Below are positions 18,894 to 35,257 of a DNA stretch of 64,000 bases, one piece after another. The stretch is from assembly GCF_009914755.1 (NCBI RefSeq), contig NC_060928.1; one strand, 5' to 3'. The translations under genes were made by a program, and so were the position numbers. This DNA comes from the human T2T-CHM13v2.0 reference genome, Homo sapiens. Position 1 is the first letter of the stretch, and each line of letters begins with the position of its first letter. The notes beneath the pieces were generated by a model. It was not told the DNA's origin and ran no database searches. It saw only the letters and a list, made by a program, of their open reading frames with translations.

Positions 18894-21154
18894 TAATTAA
18901 ACTGAAGAGCTTCTGCACAGCAAAAGAAACTATCATCAGAGTAAACAGGCAACCTACAGAATGGGAGAAAATTTTTGCAATCTACCCATCTGACAAAGGT
19001 CTAATATCCAAAATTTACAAGAAACTTAAACAAATTTACAAGAAAAAACAAACAACTGCATCAAAAAGTGGCCAAAGGTTATGAATAGACACTTCTCAAA
19101 AGAAGACATTCACATGGCCAACAAGCATATGAAAAAAAGCTCAACATCACTGATCATTAGAGAAATGCAGATCAAAACCGCAATGAGATACCATCTCATG
19201 CCAGTCAGAATGGCAATTATTAAAAAGTCAAGAAACAATAGATGCTGGCAAGGCTGTGGAGAAATAGGAATGCTTTTACACTGTTGGTGGGAATGTAAAT
19301 TAGTTCAACCATTGTGGAAGACAGTATGGAGATTCCTCAAGTATCTAGAACCAGAAATACCATTTGACCCAGCAATCCCATCACTGGGTATATACCCAAA
19401 GGAATATAAATCATTCTACTATTAAGACACGTGCACACATATGTTTATTGCAGCGCTATTTACAATAGCAAAAACATGGAACCAACCAAAATGCCCATCA
19501 ATAATAGACTGGATAAAGAAAATGTTGTACATATACACCATGGAATACTATGCAGCCATAAAAAGGAATGAGATCATGCCCTTTGCAGGGACATGGACAA
19601 AGCTGGAAGCCATCATCCTCAGCAAATTAACACAGGAACAGAAAACCAAACACCACACATTCTCACTCATAAGTGGGAGTTGAACAATGAGAACACATGG
19701 ACACAGGGAGGGGAACAACACATACCAGGGCCTGTGGGGGCTGGGGGGCAAGGGGAGGGAACTTAGACGATGGATGGGTCAATAGGCGCAGCAAACTATC
19801 ATGGCACATGTATACCTACGTAACAAACCTGCACATTCTGCACATGTATCCCAGAACTTAAAGTAAAATTAAAAAAATAATAAATATATAAATAAAAATA
19901 AATATTAATGTTATTCCATAGTATTGTTACCTCCAAAAGGCTTTGATTTTGTGAAGGGATTTTTTAAAGTAGAACTATTCATAATTTCATATACAGCAAG
20001 TCAATATATATCCACCGCATTGCCATATTCCCAATACTCACCAAGATAAATGCAAACCTCAAAGTTTACCATTTACTCATTATCATATTAGACATTCAGA
20101 TGGTAATCCAAGTAGCAGTTTACTCAGATTAAACACACTAAGCAAGTCAAGATAAGAATATCAAGATTAAATTATTATTTAGAATTATTTTTAAAGGGCT
20201 TATTTTTTCCTATTAAACCATTCTAAAATTAACACATTTTCACTTTCCCCGAGCATCCAGACAATTCTCAGGCTATTAAGTTCTTTTTTCCTGAAGTATT
20301 TTTCTGTCCTGAGCTCAATCCTATGCCCTATTCTTAAGTCTGTAATGGTTTCCAGTCACCTATTAAACTACTTAGAAAATCTTTCATCTGACATTCAAAA
20401 TCAACCATGATCTTATTCAAAATGAATTTTTCTGCCTTAATCGCTCTCCCTGATATGTGTTCTACCCTATACCAACTATTCTCCAAAAACACTCATTGGC
20501 TGTCTTTACTCGTAGGATTCTCTGTCTGGCTTATACCAGCTTGTTTAGAAAAGCATGTATTCATTTCAGAACCATAAATTTCCATATACATAATTCTGTG
20601 AGAAAATCAGCTTGCTTTCCAGTTACACATTCATAAGCATTCATACGGTCTAATTACTACAAACCCTTTGTATGCTCTGCATATAAATCACCAATTAGCT
20701 TCCAGTTTAAAAAAATTAGTCCCTTGTGATTTTATGTGAAAATGGGTGACTCACAGCGACCTGCCTGATTTTCATTCATAAGAAACAGTGGCATTGGTGT
20801 AGGAGAATGAAAACAGGGAAGGAATGTTGAAATTCTGAGAGGAAGAGGGCCACCCTCCGCTGTGTGAGGCAACTTACACTTCACACCCAGGGGAAGTTGA
20901 CTCATTTCCTCCCCTCTCCTCAATTACCTCTGAAGCCTTCTCCTCTTTCTTCACCTCTCGCTGAAGCCGCCACTCTTGCCACTGATTCAGTGAATCACAG
21001 AGAGGTCACCCAACCAACCAGGAAAAAAATCTGGGTTAGAGTAGGAGACGAAGAAATATGTTCTCTTTTCTCAATTAGAGAAAAATAAAAGGAAATTCTC
21101 CAGTGGGAAGTTTCTACAATTATTAATAGAATTGATGGAACTATACAGTAATTT

Positions 21155-21690
21155 TTTTAAAAATCTTCTTATTCAGGTGTATGTACACGATGCACTGTAT
21201 GGTGTACAAATCATAATATGCAACTCACTGAATTTTTACATATCTATGTAGGTATACATGTATCTATGTATGTGTGTTGTGTGTATGAAAACCATGTAAT
21301 CCCACCACCATCAAAAGATACAACACATCCAACATCCAGAACACTCATGTTCCTTCCCAGTCAATATGCACCATCTGTCCTCACAGAGGTAATTGTTCTG
21401 CCTTCTCTAGCCATACATTTGTTTCCCCTGAAACAAATCTTGTTTCTTGACCTTCTCGTCATTGGACTGTAGCACCTACTTTTTTTGTGTCTGGCTTCTT
21501 TCCCTCAGTCTTATATTTGTGGAACTCATTCCTATTGTTGTATATAGCAGCAGTTTGTTCTTTTTTATCACTATATGATTTTTCTATTCTCTGGGTTTTA
21601 TGAAAAAAGCTGCTATTATGAATGAGATACCATAAACATTCTTGCATGTCTTTTGGTGGATTTACAAAAACTGTGCAATAACCTTTTACC
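21155..21690 (-). mobile_element. L1ME-type 3' fragment
   Basis: ccatgtaatcccaccaccatcaa...tgtgtctggcttctttccctcag...agcagtttgttctttttt. Confidence 0.65.
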
Positions 21691-22189
21691 TAATCTTTCT
21701 ACTTCTGCTTCTCTGCTTCCACCTGGCTTTCGCACCACCATCCCAGGAATCTCCCTCAGTCGGCTGGAACCCCGGTCCTGCACAGAGCTCAACGGGTCCC
21801 TCACTGTCAGTGGAGCGCATTATGACTCCAAATGAGACTTTCAAGACCCTACATGACTTGGCCACATCCCACCTCTCCAGGCTTATATCTTGTCTAATTT
21901 CAACATTTATCACCCTCCACAGTCTCCAGTCAAAATACATAGCTCACAATTCTCCACACATGCCCCAAATATTTGTTTGTGAACATACCAATCCCTCCCT
22001 ACCCAGAAAGTATTTTCCCACCAATTATAAATATGTGAATTTCAAAAAAAGTGTTTACCTCAGATAATTTTAAAGACATGTTCCTGACATGACTTTAAGG
22101 AAAGGTTATTAAAAAAAATATAAATGACTTAAATGGAATTTTCCACTCAATTTGGAAGAAACTAGCACCATATACCTAGGACAATTTTG

Positions 22190-22700
22190 CTCATAGGTTA
22201 AGCTTAGGGGCTTTGAGGAATGCTGGCTCTCCTACTTCCTAGCTATGTGACTTTGGTTAGAATATTTCACTTTTTTAGCCTTAGTTTTCTCATCTGAAAA
22301 ATTGAAGCAGAAACCTCCCTCACAAGATAGTTACAAAGAACAGATAAAATATTGCATACAAACTACTTAAAACAGTGACATGCATAAAATAAACATACCA
22401 TAAATAGCATGTATCATTATTAACAAAGAAGTGATACATCTTAGAGGCTAAGAGTAAAAACCTAGGGACCAGATATCCTGGATTCAAATCCCAGTTCCTA
22501 GCTTACTAGCTTCCACTTACTAGCTGGATGACTTGGGCACATTGCTAACCAATCTGTGCCACAGTTTCCTCGCCTATAAATGGTGGCTAAAATAGTACCT
22601 TCTTCAGAGAGAGTCACAAGGAATAAAAGAATTAACCTATACAAAGCAATGGATCTGACAAAGTGAGGGAAACATAATTCTCAGCTACTTATAGCACTGC
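22190..22700 (+). mobile_element. Two tandem MIRs
   Basis: ctagctatgtgactttgg...ctcatctgaaaa; ggattcaaatcccag...gacttgggcac...cagtttcctc. Confidence 0.7.
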
Positions 22701-23519
22701 TATTATTATATATCAACAACTACTATTACCAGTATGTTTAAGAGAATACTATCATTCTTGTAGATTTGAAGTTTTGATAGACAAAGAAAAGACTCAAGGT
22801 TATTAACCTAGAGATCTTTCGTTGATACATTATTCCAAATAAGAGAGAAAAGTCTATAAAGGCAGAATGGTGGACCCAGAGGTACTATTACTGTGGTAGG
22901 ATCAGTAACACATGACAACAGTGTCACAGACTCACACGACAGAGCTACCAACATCCAAGGTGAATTCATATTGTGAAACGGGCATCTTTGAGCATCCTTG
23001 TTTTTCACTGACTAGAAGGGTTCTCCACTGGGCAATGGACAGAAGGTAGCGCTTAGTAATTCACACTGACACCATCTGTGCGTCCTAAGACCCCTTATCA
23101 ACTTCATCTTTAGGACCTGATCACCTAAGGAAAGCAGGGCTCCCTAACACTAGCTTCTAAGCTGTACTAGGGTAATCCATACTTTCCGAAGACAAGTAAC
23201 AAGTTATAAAAAGAATAAGAGAGTAAGGCTGGAGTTCAGTGTCTATGGTTAATAAAATGATTCCTTATTTTATTATTTTATTTCTATTTCACAGATAAAT
23301 AAACTGAAGCAAGATAAAGTTAAGTAAGTTGTCTATGGCCAAATAACTCAGAAGAAGCAAAAGACAGGCTATAAACACACAAACTTGAATCCATAGCCTA
23401 AGCAATTCCCACACAAAGAGCAAACCTTTTCCTTTTTTTGGTTGGTGGGGATTTCTTACTAGTAACTTCCAACAGATAAAACCCAGTGGAAAAATAAGTT
23501 CAGATAAAGAAATTCCTCA

Positions 23520-24272
<753 letters not shown>

Positions 24273-27200
24273 AAGAAATGGAGAGTGACGGAGAGGGTAC
24301 AGGAGCAACTTTTGCCCTGATTTCCATGGAGGCTTAATTTTCTGACAAGAAGAAACAGAATGGACATGTTTAAGCGTAGAGGCTTTGGGGATCACTGAAG
24401 TCTGTAGGTAATTTGCAGGTAGTTTTATGATTCTGCTGTCACAAATGTGTCTGTAGAATGCTTCGAGGTTCCATCACTCCCCTCCGTTCCCCTACTTTAC
24501 CCAATTTTTTACTTCTCCTGAATCATTTTCATTAACATATTCAAAAATTCTGAGTTGAGTTGCTGAAGAGAAAATGTTTGAAACATCTCATTTTGCAGAA
24601 AGACAACACTTGTATTTTACTTTAGGGTTGGACGCTTTCTCAATAAGCCCTGCTAAGACTTACAAATGTTAAAATAATACTTCCATTTTAAACTTCTAAG
24701 GCACAATATTTATTCATAACCTCAATCATCACTTGAAGCATTAATCCATTTAATGGATACCATGTTAAAAATTAGAAAGAGCTCACGATTATCTCATTGG
24801 AAACACTAATACTGACAGAAAAGTGGAAAGACAACTAAACAGAAAAACCACGAACTACTTCCAAAGTGGTATTGTGTTCAAGAAAAGTGGAGAGAGCGTT
24901 TTGCGTAGTGGTGAGTGAAGCCAGTTAAGGGCAAGCTTATTTCAATCAGTCACCTGTCGGTGGAGATGGCCTCATTACCATCTCTCCTTTGGTAGGAAGT
25001 GCTTCATGGAGGGAAGTAGGGTTTAGGGAAGGAAAGGAGGAGATAGAAGAATCTATTCAAGGGATAGAAGTGTTACCTAGAAATAAAGCTTCAAAAAATA
25101 GGGGACAAGTATTATTTTGTAGAAAGGGAACTCTAAGATTGCTTCAGAAGACAAATAAGTTGGACCCACTTTAGTGAGTACATCGCCTCTCTATGGGATC
25201 TCATTCCTCCTGTGTTCATGGCTCTTAGTTCAGGGCATTAGCCCTTTTAAGATATGGGCATTTTCTCAGTCAGTTAATTCACTTTCATTGTCCATTGTTC
25301 CATAATTCATTCCTGAATTATGAGACTACTCTGTGTTTAATATCAAAGGCGATTATTTCAGGGTATATTAAAATCTCTGCCCAGGATTATCATTTTCTGT
25401 ATACATGTAGTCAACACCTGCTGTATTATTTTCTATTATTAAATTCAGTTTTCTGCACTGAATCACTCTCTCCACAACAATTTCAAGTTCATTGAAGCCA
25501 AAGAACAACAATTGTGCTTCTTTGTTTAATCTCCATAGTACCTGCTCTATGCACATAACACACAATGCATCTTGGTAGAATAGATTTACTTCCTTCAATG
25601 TTTATTTCCTCCGATGGAAACCGTAATGTTTTCCATTCCAATTTATAAATGTTGCTGTGTTTCATATTTCAAGTGATTGCTCTGAAGAACAGACTAAACC
25701 AAAATGCATGAATTTAACAAGAGAGGGAGTTCAGGACATAAAAATAAAAACATCCTTCTTGCTTTTAGTTCACATATCAAATCTTGTGATTGTGTAATTA
25801 GGGTATATGTAGTATGGAAAATACCACAAGTTCCTTTTGCAAAGATACTTTTTCCCACTGAGGAAAGAAGATATGTAGAATAATTCCAAAACAGAGAAAT
25901 TGAAATCTACTAGAATTGGGTATTCATTATTGCAAAATGTTCACTGTCTCTTCAGAATGTTCTGCTGTATAGAGATTACCAGAAAGTATAGACTCTGAGC
26001 TATAAATATCCTCAAAAAACCATGGAGCATCTGCTTTTAATTTGTGCCTGGGTGGCTTATACATCAGACAGGAAAACATGCCTGGTTTTAGGAGGTTTGA
26101 ACAGATGCCATGGAGTAAGTGCCCATTTCCCAGAGTTTGTTGTCATTTTGGTTAGTGAACTCCACCTACCAAAACAAAAATGATCCCTGTGTCTCAGAGG
26201 CTCCCCTTTAAAGAAATAGAAAGAAGAGCAACGCTTTTTCCCAGCTCTTCCATGCAGATATGTATAAGCCAATGATTCATAAAACACTTTCAACACTTTG
26301 TTTGTGCCTACTATACAGTCTTAATTTTGGTATTAATTAAACCTTATTTTTGTTGTCTTCTTGCCCTGTATAGATGACTGTTGCATTCTAGATCTTTGTC
26401 TGTTTTGTGTTTAACTTCACACAATACCCATTAAGCTGATAAATATTCCATTCGATCATTTTTATGAGTAAATGTAATGTCTTAACAGCTTGAGGTTTAG
26501 TTGAATCTTAAATCTGGGTAGCAGTTATCACTGTGTAAGAAAAATTGGGTCAAATTAGAAATTTGCAGAGCTTCTCCTGGTCTTTTCACCTTCCAATTCT
26601 GCCTGATGTATTATGTCTTCCCACATTTACACTTTGTGCATGCAGTGTCAAGACACCAGGTTGTTGAACCAAGGGATTCTCTCTTTTCCTCATGAGGAAA
26701 ATGAACTTCACAAAATGAGCTTGCTGAAAGTCCCAAATCTCATGAAGCAAAATCTTTCATGATTGATTCTCTGCAGGTATCAAATTTGTTTTCTTGTTGA
26801 AAAGCAGGTTAACCAATAATTAGGTGCAACAATTTCTCAACATGGAGCTTATGTGGAAGAAATCTTTCTAAAAAATAACTGTGGTTTATGTTTCCTGTCT
26901 GAGGTATGCCTTACATTAACTCCACAAAATATTTAGCTTTTCCTAGCTCAGATCTTGAATAGCTCTCCCAAGATTTTGACCCTTATCAACTCCTTATTAC
27001 CAAAGAACATTCTTTTATCTTGGGCTCTGGGATGGTATTTTATTTGTTGATTAACTATAGTTGGCTAGTATTGACTGAAGACTTATTATATAATGTGTTG
27101 AGTAGGTTTAGATGGGCAGAGAATACAAAAGGTGCACAATAATCCCATTCCTCAGAAATCGCTGTCATATGGTTGATTAGCAAGACAAAACTGACACCCA

Positions 27201-27700
27201 TGGCACAACTCTAGGATGAGTAGAATTGATGAAAAAATCGAAATCTTCCATAGGAGTTCAGAGAACCTATTAATGTGAACTGGAGCAGTCAACATGAGTC
27301 TTGGGAGAGTTTAGACTTGATCTGGACCTTAAAGTATGGAGAGATTTGAGTGGGTAAAAGGCAGTCAAAAGATATTTGCTTCAGATGTGAAAGTAAAGAC
27401 CAAAAAATGAGATGTTGTTTCTGAGAAACAGTGAGAGACAGGGCTGAAGAGATGAGGGCTTGCTTTTTCAGGTTCCTGAGAACTGTCCATATGAAAGCTC
27501 TTTTGTTGCCTATTTTAGCCTTTTGACTCTTGCTGAAGGACCCCCAAATTTTTTCACTAGGGCACGAAACTAGGACCCTTAATAGCCTGCATGAAAAAGT
27601 AAAGTCTAGAGAATTTAAGTTCCCTAGTTACTAAAGAAAATAATATATTTTGGAAATGTGTTAGTGCCTTGGCTCCTTATCTAATCTTTCAGGTATACAG

Positions 27701-28121
<421 letters not shown>

Positions 28122-28209
28122 TGAAGAACAATAGCACAGATGTAGGAGATATGGCTATAAAGTCACAGAAGTGATTCTTCTCTGAAATACAGCAAAATGT
28201 CTAGCTTTC

Positions 28210-28340
28210 AATGGTGTTGACACCTTCAAAGTAGAATCCTTGAAAGGCTATGTGATTATTCCAATGATGCATCCATTCTTCAAGTCAGTTTCAGGATCCT
28301 TTTTTAAAAACTGCCCTGGGAAACCACAGCAGAGCTCTTA
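28210..28340. mobile_element. Ancient mariner-like (MARNA-type) fragment
   Basis: ccttcaaagtag...ggctatgtgattattccaatgatgc resembles remembered MARNA consensus. Confidence 0.4.
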
Positions 28341-29904
28341 GAGTATCTTCCCTAGAGGCAAATCTTCCATCCTCGCCTCCTGATCTCTGCATCGACACCT
28401 GCCTGCCTTGCATGCAGACTCTCCCCAGCCTAAATTGAGGCATCTTCCTTTATTGTGTCCCTGCCTCTCCTCTGCCCTTGTCTTATCTTTCGCTTTTGTC
28501 CCTACCCCTGCAATCAGACAATGCAAGACAAGGCAGAGGACATGAGGCTTGAATCTGAGGAGACAAACTAAATTATGAGGCAAGAAGTCGACAATGCAGT
28601 GAAATAGAGAGAGGTCAGAGATGCAGGAGAATTAAAAGGATATCATATAAACAACAATCACAGCCAAAAATACTGTGAGGATGGGGTAGCTAGGACATTG
28701 TAGGAAATAGAAAGAACATATCGAGTCACAATGGGAGCTCAGCACAGACACTAGAATTTGTAAGCTAAAATTACAAACTAAACACAATAACAATTATTGG
28801 TATGTCCATTGACTTCCAGTTTATCAGGCCAATTTCTATTCACTTTCCCTAAAGTCAGCTTATCTCTGCAAAACTGTTTTCTAATCTTTTGGGATGCAGA
28901 ATTGGAGAACAAACAGAATACTGCAGAACCCAAGAGGCAAGAGGAATGGAAGGGCCTAGCAGGAGAGGGGGAATTGCAGTTGGCAAATGAGAATCTATAA
29001 TTCGTGTCAAAGAGTATAAGGTGTGAAAGAACAGGGATCCCAGAAATATTCCAGAAGGGCCATAAGTATTCACTTTAATGCATTGCAAATTATACAATGA
29101 ACATATTAACTTTTCAAATATGTTCGGTTAAGAACTGTGCTCCTTGGACAGCACACCAAACTGAGACTGGACTACACACGACAGCTTCAGTGAGGTTACA
29201 TGATCAGATGCAACTGCTACATTGCTCTAGGCCTGTAGGCTATGAGGTACTCCCATATGCTTTCCCACAGGACAGGAATGCAAGTGGTGCTGTTGCTGGC
29301 CAGGCATGGAAAGGAGCACTCAGTCCATTTTCCAGTCTACGAGAGCAGACTGCTGACCGCCAGTGCGCAAAACAATCAATCCCCCAGATGCCTTGAGCAT
29401 TTTGAAGTCTATGGAAATCCCAGGGCAACCCTAGAGCTAGAGACTACAGTATCAATGGCATGAGGCATGTTTTCTCTTGTGAGCTCACCTCGACCTCAAA
29501 GGAAGAAACACACACACACATATGCCTGCTTTTCTAAGACTCTCATTATGTTTATCCCAAACCACCTCTTCTGTTCATAGGAAAAGAAGGGAATGTATTT
29601 GTTGTATGTTGCAGGCCTGGAGATGAAGAGCACCCTTAGACTTTCACTAGAGCACATTTTTCTCATTTTGTTCCTGAGTTTCACATCATCTGTCATGAAC
29701 AAGAGTTATAACCATATAGCAATAAGATTTTATCTTACTAATACATCATGATATAGAAGTGTAAGTAAATGTTTTATTTCCAGAGGATAACCATGGGCGA
29801 TTTTACCTTTAATCTCAATATGTTGATCCTGCCTAACTGTTTCTGAAACAACTTTTGGAAGTAACATTCAGAGCTATTACATGAGCATACCAGAAAGTGT
29901 CATT

Positions 29905-29974
29905 TTATAGTGACACCTCATTAGTTATATTTGGTTATAGTGACACCTCATTAGTTATATTTGGTTACAGTGAC
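29905..29974 (+). repeat. Perfect 30-bp tandem duplication
   Basis: ttatagtgacacctcattagttatatttgg x2, then ttacagtgac. Confidence 0.95.
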
Positions 29975-29980
29975 TTTTAG

Positions 29981-30274
<294 letters not shown>

Positions 30275-30500
30275 TTTTAGCCATTTTTAATATCAAATTA
30301 AATATTTAATTTAAATATTATGAGTATAAAAACTTGCCATCAAAGAGGATATTCAAAGAATGAGAAACAGCTTTGACTGCAATTGAAAAGAGAAGTTTCA
30401 GCCATGTTTTAAACACTATTAACCTAATTTAAATGAATGCATAGTCTTCCCTGAAGACTGATTCAAACGGGAAAGTCATCATTTTAAAGGTCTACATTTT

Positions 30501-30724
30501 GGCTCATTGCAGACTTGACCTCCTGGACTCAGGTGATTCTCCAGCCTCAGTCTCCCAAGTAGCTGGTACTACAGGTGCATGCCACCATAGCAGCTAATTC
30601 TTATATTTTTTGTAGAGACAGGGTTTGCCATGTTTCCCAGACTGGTCTTGAACTCCTGGGCTCAAGTGAGCTGCCTGCCTCATTCTTCCAAAGTGCCGGG
30701 AAGGACCAGCCACTGTGCCTGGTC
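30501..30724 (-). mobile_element. AluJ lacking its 3' end
   Basis: ggctcattgcag...tgtagagacaggg...ctcaagtga. Confidence 0.85.
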
Positions 30725-32030
30725 CTTTTGCAGAATGCTGATGCTGGCCTTATTTTTTTTAATGCTGAGAAAAAACAATCTCCTGAATGAGTTTTATACA
30801 GAAACACAAGCAATATAGCACTTTGCAATCAGACAGAATTTTTTATTCCCAGATGTTCATAACATTTAAAGATGGTTATCAGGTAATCAATGCAAAATGT
30901 TTGTTGAGAAGTTTTTATTCCAAAGAATAAAACTGTGCTTAAAGAGCTTTACTCAGTGTCAAAGCACCTTTATTCAGGGTGGCAGAATGCAAATAGGTAA
31001 CCTGATTCTCAAATTGAAATATATCCCTGTGCCCTTTTCCTTTAATATGACAAAGTGCCTATAGACCCATAGGGATTTGTTTACAATTATTTTTTCTCAC
31101 AATTATTTATCTATAACATCTCCCTTGTGGGGACATTTACAAGATAGTTGGCAGAGAGAGAATAGAGATTGAAATATAATGCTCAAAAAATAAAATAGAA
31201 AAAGTAATATTATAAATAACTAATATTCTAATGGAACAATCATATCATAGGCTCTTAATCCCATTCTGAGAAAATAAAAATATCTTTACTTCAGAAAAAA
31301 TAAAAACAAATTTTTAAATATGGCACAATATTATTTTTGAAAAGAATTAGATTGAAATACTGCCATATATTGTGATGGAAAAATGTGAAGATTTTAAATG
31401 TAGAATAAAACCAAATTTGATTCTTCTCTTCTGCTCTCTCCCATCCTCTTTGCCTCTGTTCCTTCCTCTCACAACCACTGATGCCTGGGACACCCACTGG
31501 CACAGGGATACAGCCAGGAACAAGTCACACATGGTCCTTAACATCTTGACATCTTCAAAATTGCAGGAAAGACATATTAGATAACTAGCTGCAAATGTGA
31601 GGTGTATAGTGAAATGGAAATATAGTACTTCTTACACAAATGACCATAAGCAATCTTAGTTTAAGTGATTATTAAGATTGTCAGTCTCTGCACCTTACAT
31701 AAAAAATAAAATCCCATCTCTATTCTGTGATGGCATCTCATGGCTGCCAGTCATATCTAGAAAATTTCCCCCAGGTATGAATAGAGCAATGATAGGCTCT
31801 ACTGGCATGACTGCCAGTTCTGTTTAGCAAAAATTTTCACTATTTTTCAATGTTTATTCGTTTAACAGCCAAACTGATTCTTTTCCTGTCCTAAACAGAA
31901 ATACTTAAACTTTGCTAACTTTCTTTGAATTTGGAACTGTCAACATATGCTTTTATTCTAAGATATTTCAAGTCAAAAAAAAAAAAAAAACGTGGTAGGA
32001 TGAGGTGCTGGTATACAGTCTATGATCCCC

Positions 32031-32853
<823 letters not shown>

Positions 32854-33194
32854 TCATCTTTAAGGAAAGCTATGCATTATCTTATCTACTGCTATAGTTT
32901 TTCTCTGTGGTTCATGGGAAGAGTGCTAAAGAGATGAAAGAAAAATTCTTGGTCAAATTTTTCTTTAATGTGTGGAAATTTTTATCACTTTGAAAACAAC
33001 CTGACAACAGTGGAAAATTCATAAAGGAGCCTTGGTATGTCACCAAACTGGATTTTTATTCTCATCATGACCAAAGATGTGCCTTATGCCTTTATATCCA
33101 AGTGACTTCAGCAACTAGATGTGATGAGAAAGACATGATAAGGCATTGGGAAATGTAAAGTCAGCTCTACTATGAGGAAGAACAATAGTAAATA

Positions 33195-33345
33195 GTTGAA
33201 TTCAACAAATATTGATTAAGCACAACTATGTGCAGATCCTGTACTAGGTTGTGAGGACACAAAGTTGAATGTAACGTGGTCCTGGTTTTCAGAAGCTTAT
33301 CTCCCTAAATGAAGAAATAAGATAAATATAAAAATATCTACAATA
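33195..33345 (-). mobile_element. L2 3' end
   Basis: ttcaacaaatattgattaagcacaactatgtgcag. Confidence 0.65.
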
Positions 33346-33516
33346 CAGGATATTTTTATTCCAGTGGAGGAAAAGGGAAAAGTAGAACCTTGAAATAGAA
33401 GTGTGTTTCCAAAAGTCAAAAATGAAATAATGGTGACTAGAATACCTGTTTTTAGTATTCTATGGTATTTTTAAGTACAGAAATCGTGGTATTTTTGTGA
33501 TGTAATACCGTAACTT

Positions 33517-33612
33517 AGACGGGGTCTTGCTCACACTCCCTAGCTCAAGCAAGCCTCCCACCTCGGCTTTCCAAAGTGCTGGGATTACAGGTGTGAGCCA
33601 TCACGTTTGGCC
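33517..33612 (-). mobile_element. Tail-less Alu monomer fragment
   Basis: agacggggtcttgc...caaagtgctgggattacagg...ggcc flanked by GTAACTTAG. Confidence 0.85.
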
Positions 33613-33769
33613 TGTAACTTAGGCTTTTAAAATGTAATTTTAATCTTTCACATCTTGAGAGGTGCCCGATGATTATCAGTGGCATTCAATTTTTGAATGG
33701 AACAAAGATGCACTCATTTGAAAGCATTTCATTCCTCTGTAATCCTGAAAGCTAACCCATCGTTCCCAC

Positions 33770-34343
33770 CCACAGCCTGTATACACACTGCTCCTCCTGT
33801 ATTCCCATCTCTGCATTGACAGCCCCATCCTCCAAGGCACCCAAATGAAAATTTCAACCTTTTCTTTGCCTCACTTGGTGGACACCAAGTCCTGTATAAT
33901 CCACCTCCTAAGAATCTCTAGAAACTGCCCCGTTCTTCGTCCCCTTTGGCCATCAGGAGTCCTATCTTTTCTTGCCTGGACAATGTAATCATTCCAATCA
34001 ATCAAATCTAAGTGGATTTCTCTGCTTCTTTGAATCTACTTCCTCCTCACAATTATCTACTTTCCCATCCTGTTACCAAAAAGACTTTTCCAAAATGAAA
34101 TATAATCACATTATGGCCCTGCTTTAAAGCATTGAGTATGTCTTCATTGTCTTCAATATGGAGGAAAAACTCTTTCACAGCCCAGCCTCTACCTTTCTCC
34201 GGAGCTTCCTCTCCTACTGTGTTTCCATGCATGCTTCACTGCAGACACCCTGACTGCCTGTGGTATCCTGAACATCCCTTGCCCTCTTACAGGTTTTGTC
34301 ATGCTAGCCTCCTGCCTAGATTGCCCTTCCCCACATTCCCTCC
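33770..34343 (+). mobile_element. L2 fragment
   Basis: Pyrimidine-rich ctgctcctcctgtattcccatctc...caccaagtcctg...cttgcctggac. Confidence 0.6.
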
Positions 34344-34656
34344 TGTATTCATCTCCTGTTGCTGCTGACACAAATCACTGCAAGCTTAGTGGCTTAAAAC
34401 AGCACTTACGGCCAGGCGCTGTGGCTCATGCCTGTAATCCTAGCACTTTGGGAGGCTGAGGCAGGTGGATCATGAGGTCAGAAGATCAAGACCATCCTGG
34501 CTAACAAGGTGAAACCCCGTCTCTACTAGAAGTGCAAGAAATCAGCAGGGCATGGTGGCGGGCGCCTGTAGTCCCAGCGACTCAGGAGGCTGAGGCAGGA
34601 GAATGGAGATCACACCACTGCACTCCAGCCTGGGCGACAGAGCGAGACTCCATCTC

Positions 34657-34687
<31 letters not shown>

Positions 34688-35126
34688 CAGCAACTCACTT
34701 ATTTTCTTACCATCTACAGGCCAGAAACCAGAAATCAGTTTCACTCAGCTAAAGTCAAGGTGTTGCAAGGCCAGCTCCTTCTGGCTGCTCTGGGGGAGAA
34801 TCTATTTCCTTGCCTTTCCTACCTTCTGGAGACCACGGGCATTCCAGGGCTGGTGACCCCATTCCAGGGCTGGTGACCCCTTCCTCTGACCTCCTGCTTC
34901 CATTGTCACCTCTTCCACTGTCTGCTTCTCTGTTAGCAGGATTATCTCCTTTTTATAAGAACATTTATGTTTACAGAGAAGCCCACCCAGATAATCCAGA
35001 ACACTCTGTCTCAAGATCTTAATTTAATCACATTTGCAAAATCCCTTTTGCGATATAAGATAACATTCACAGGCTCTAATGATTAGTCCCTGCTTATTTT
35101 CGGGAGCCATTATTCTGCCTAGCATA
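34344..35126 (-). mobile_element. MLT1 MaLR LTR interrupted by an Alu
   Basis: cttagtggcttaaaaca...gcccacccagataatccag...cttaatttaatcacatttgcaaa. Confidence 0.75.
34410..34685 (+). mobile_element. AluY with ~35-bp right-arm deletion
   Basis: gaccatcctggctaac diagnostic; ggagaatgg joins directly to agatcacaccactg; long pure A tail. Confidence 0.9.
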
Positions 35127-35257
35127 CCTATCTTTTTCTACCTCAGCCTTTCAGATGCAGCTTAAACATTTCTTCTTTTCTGGGAAATTTTCTAACATCC
35201 TATTCCCTCCCCAATCCCATTACTTCCTCCAGCAATTCCCACTGAGTACCTCACTAA

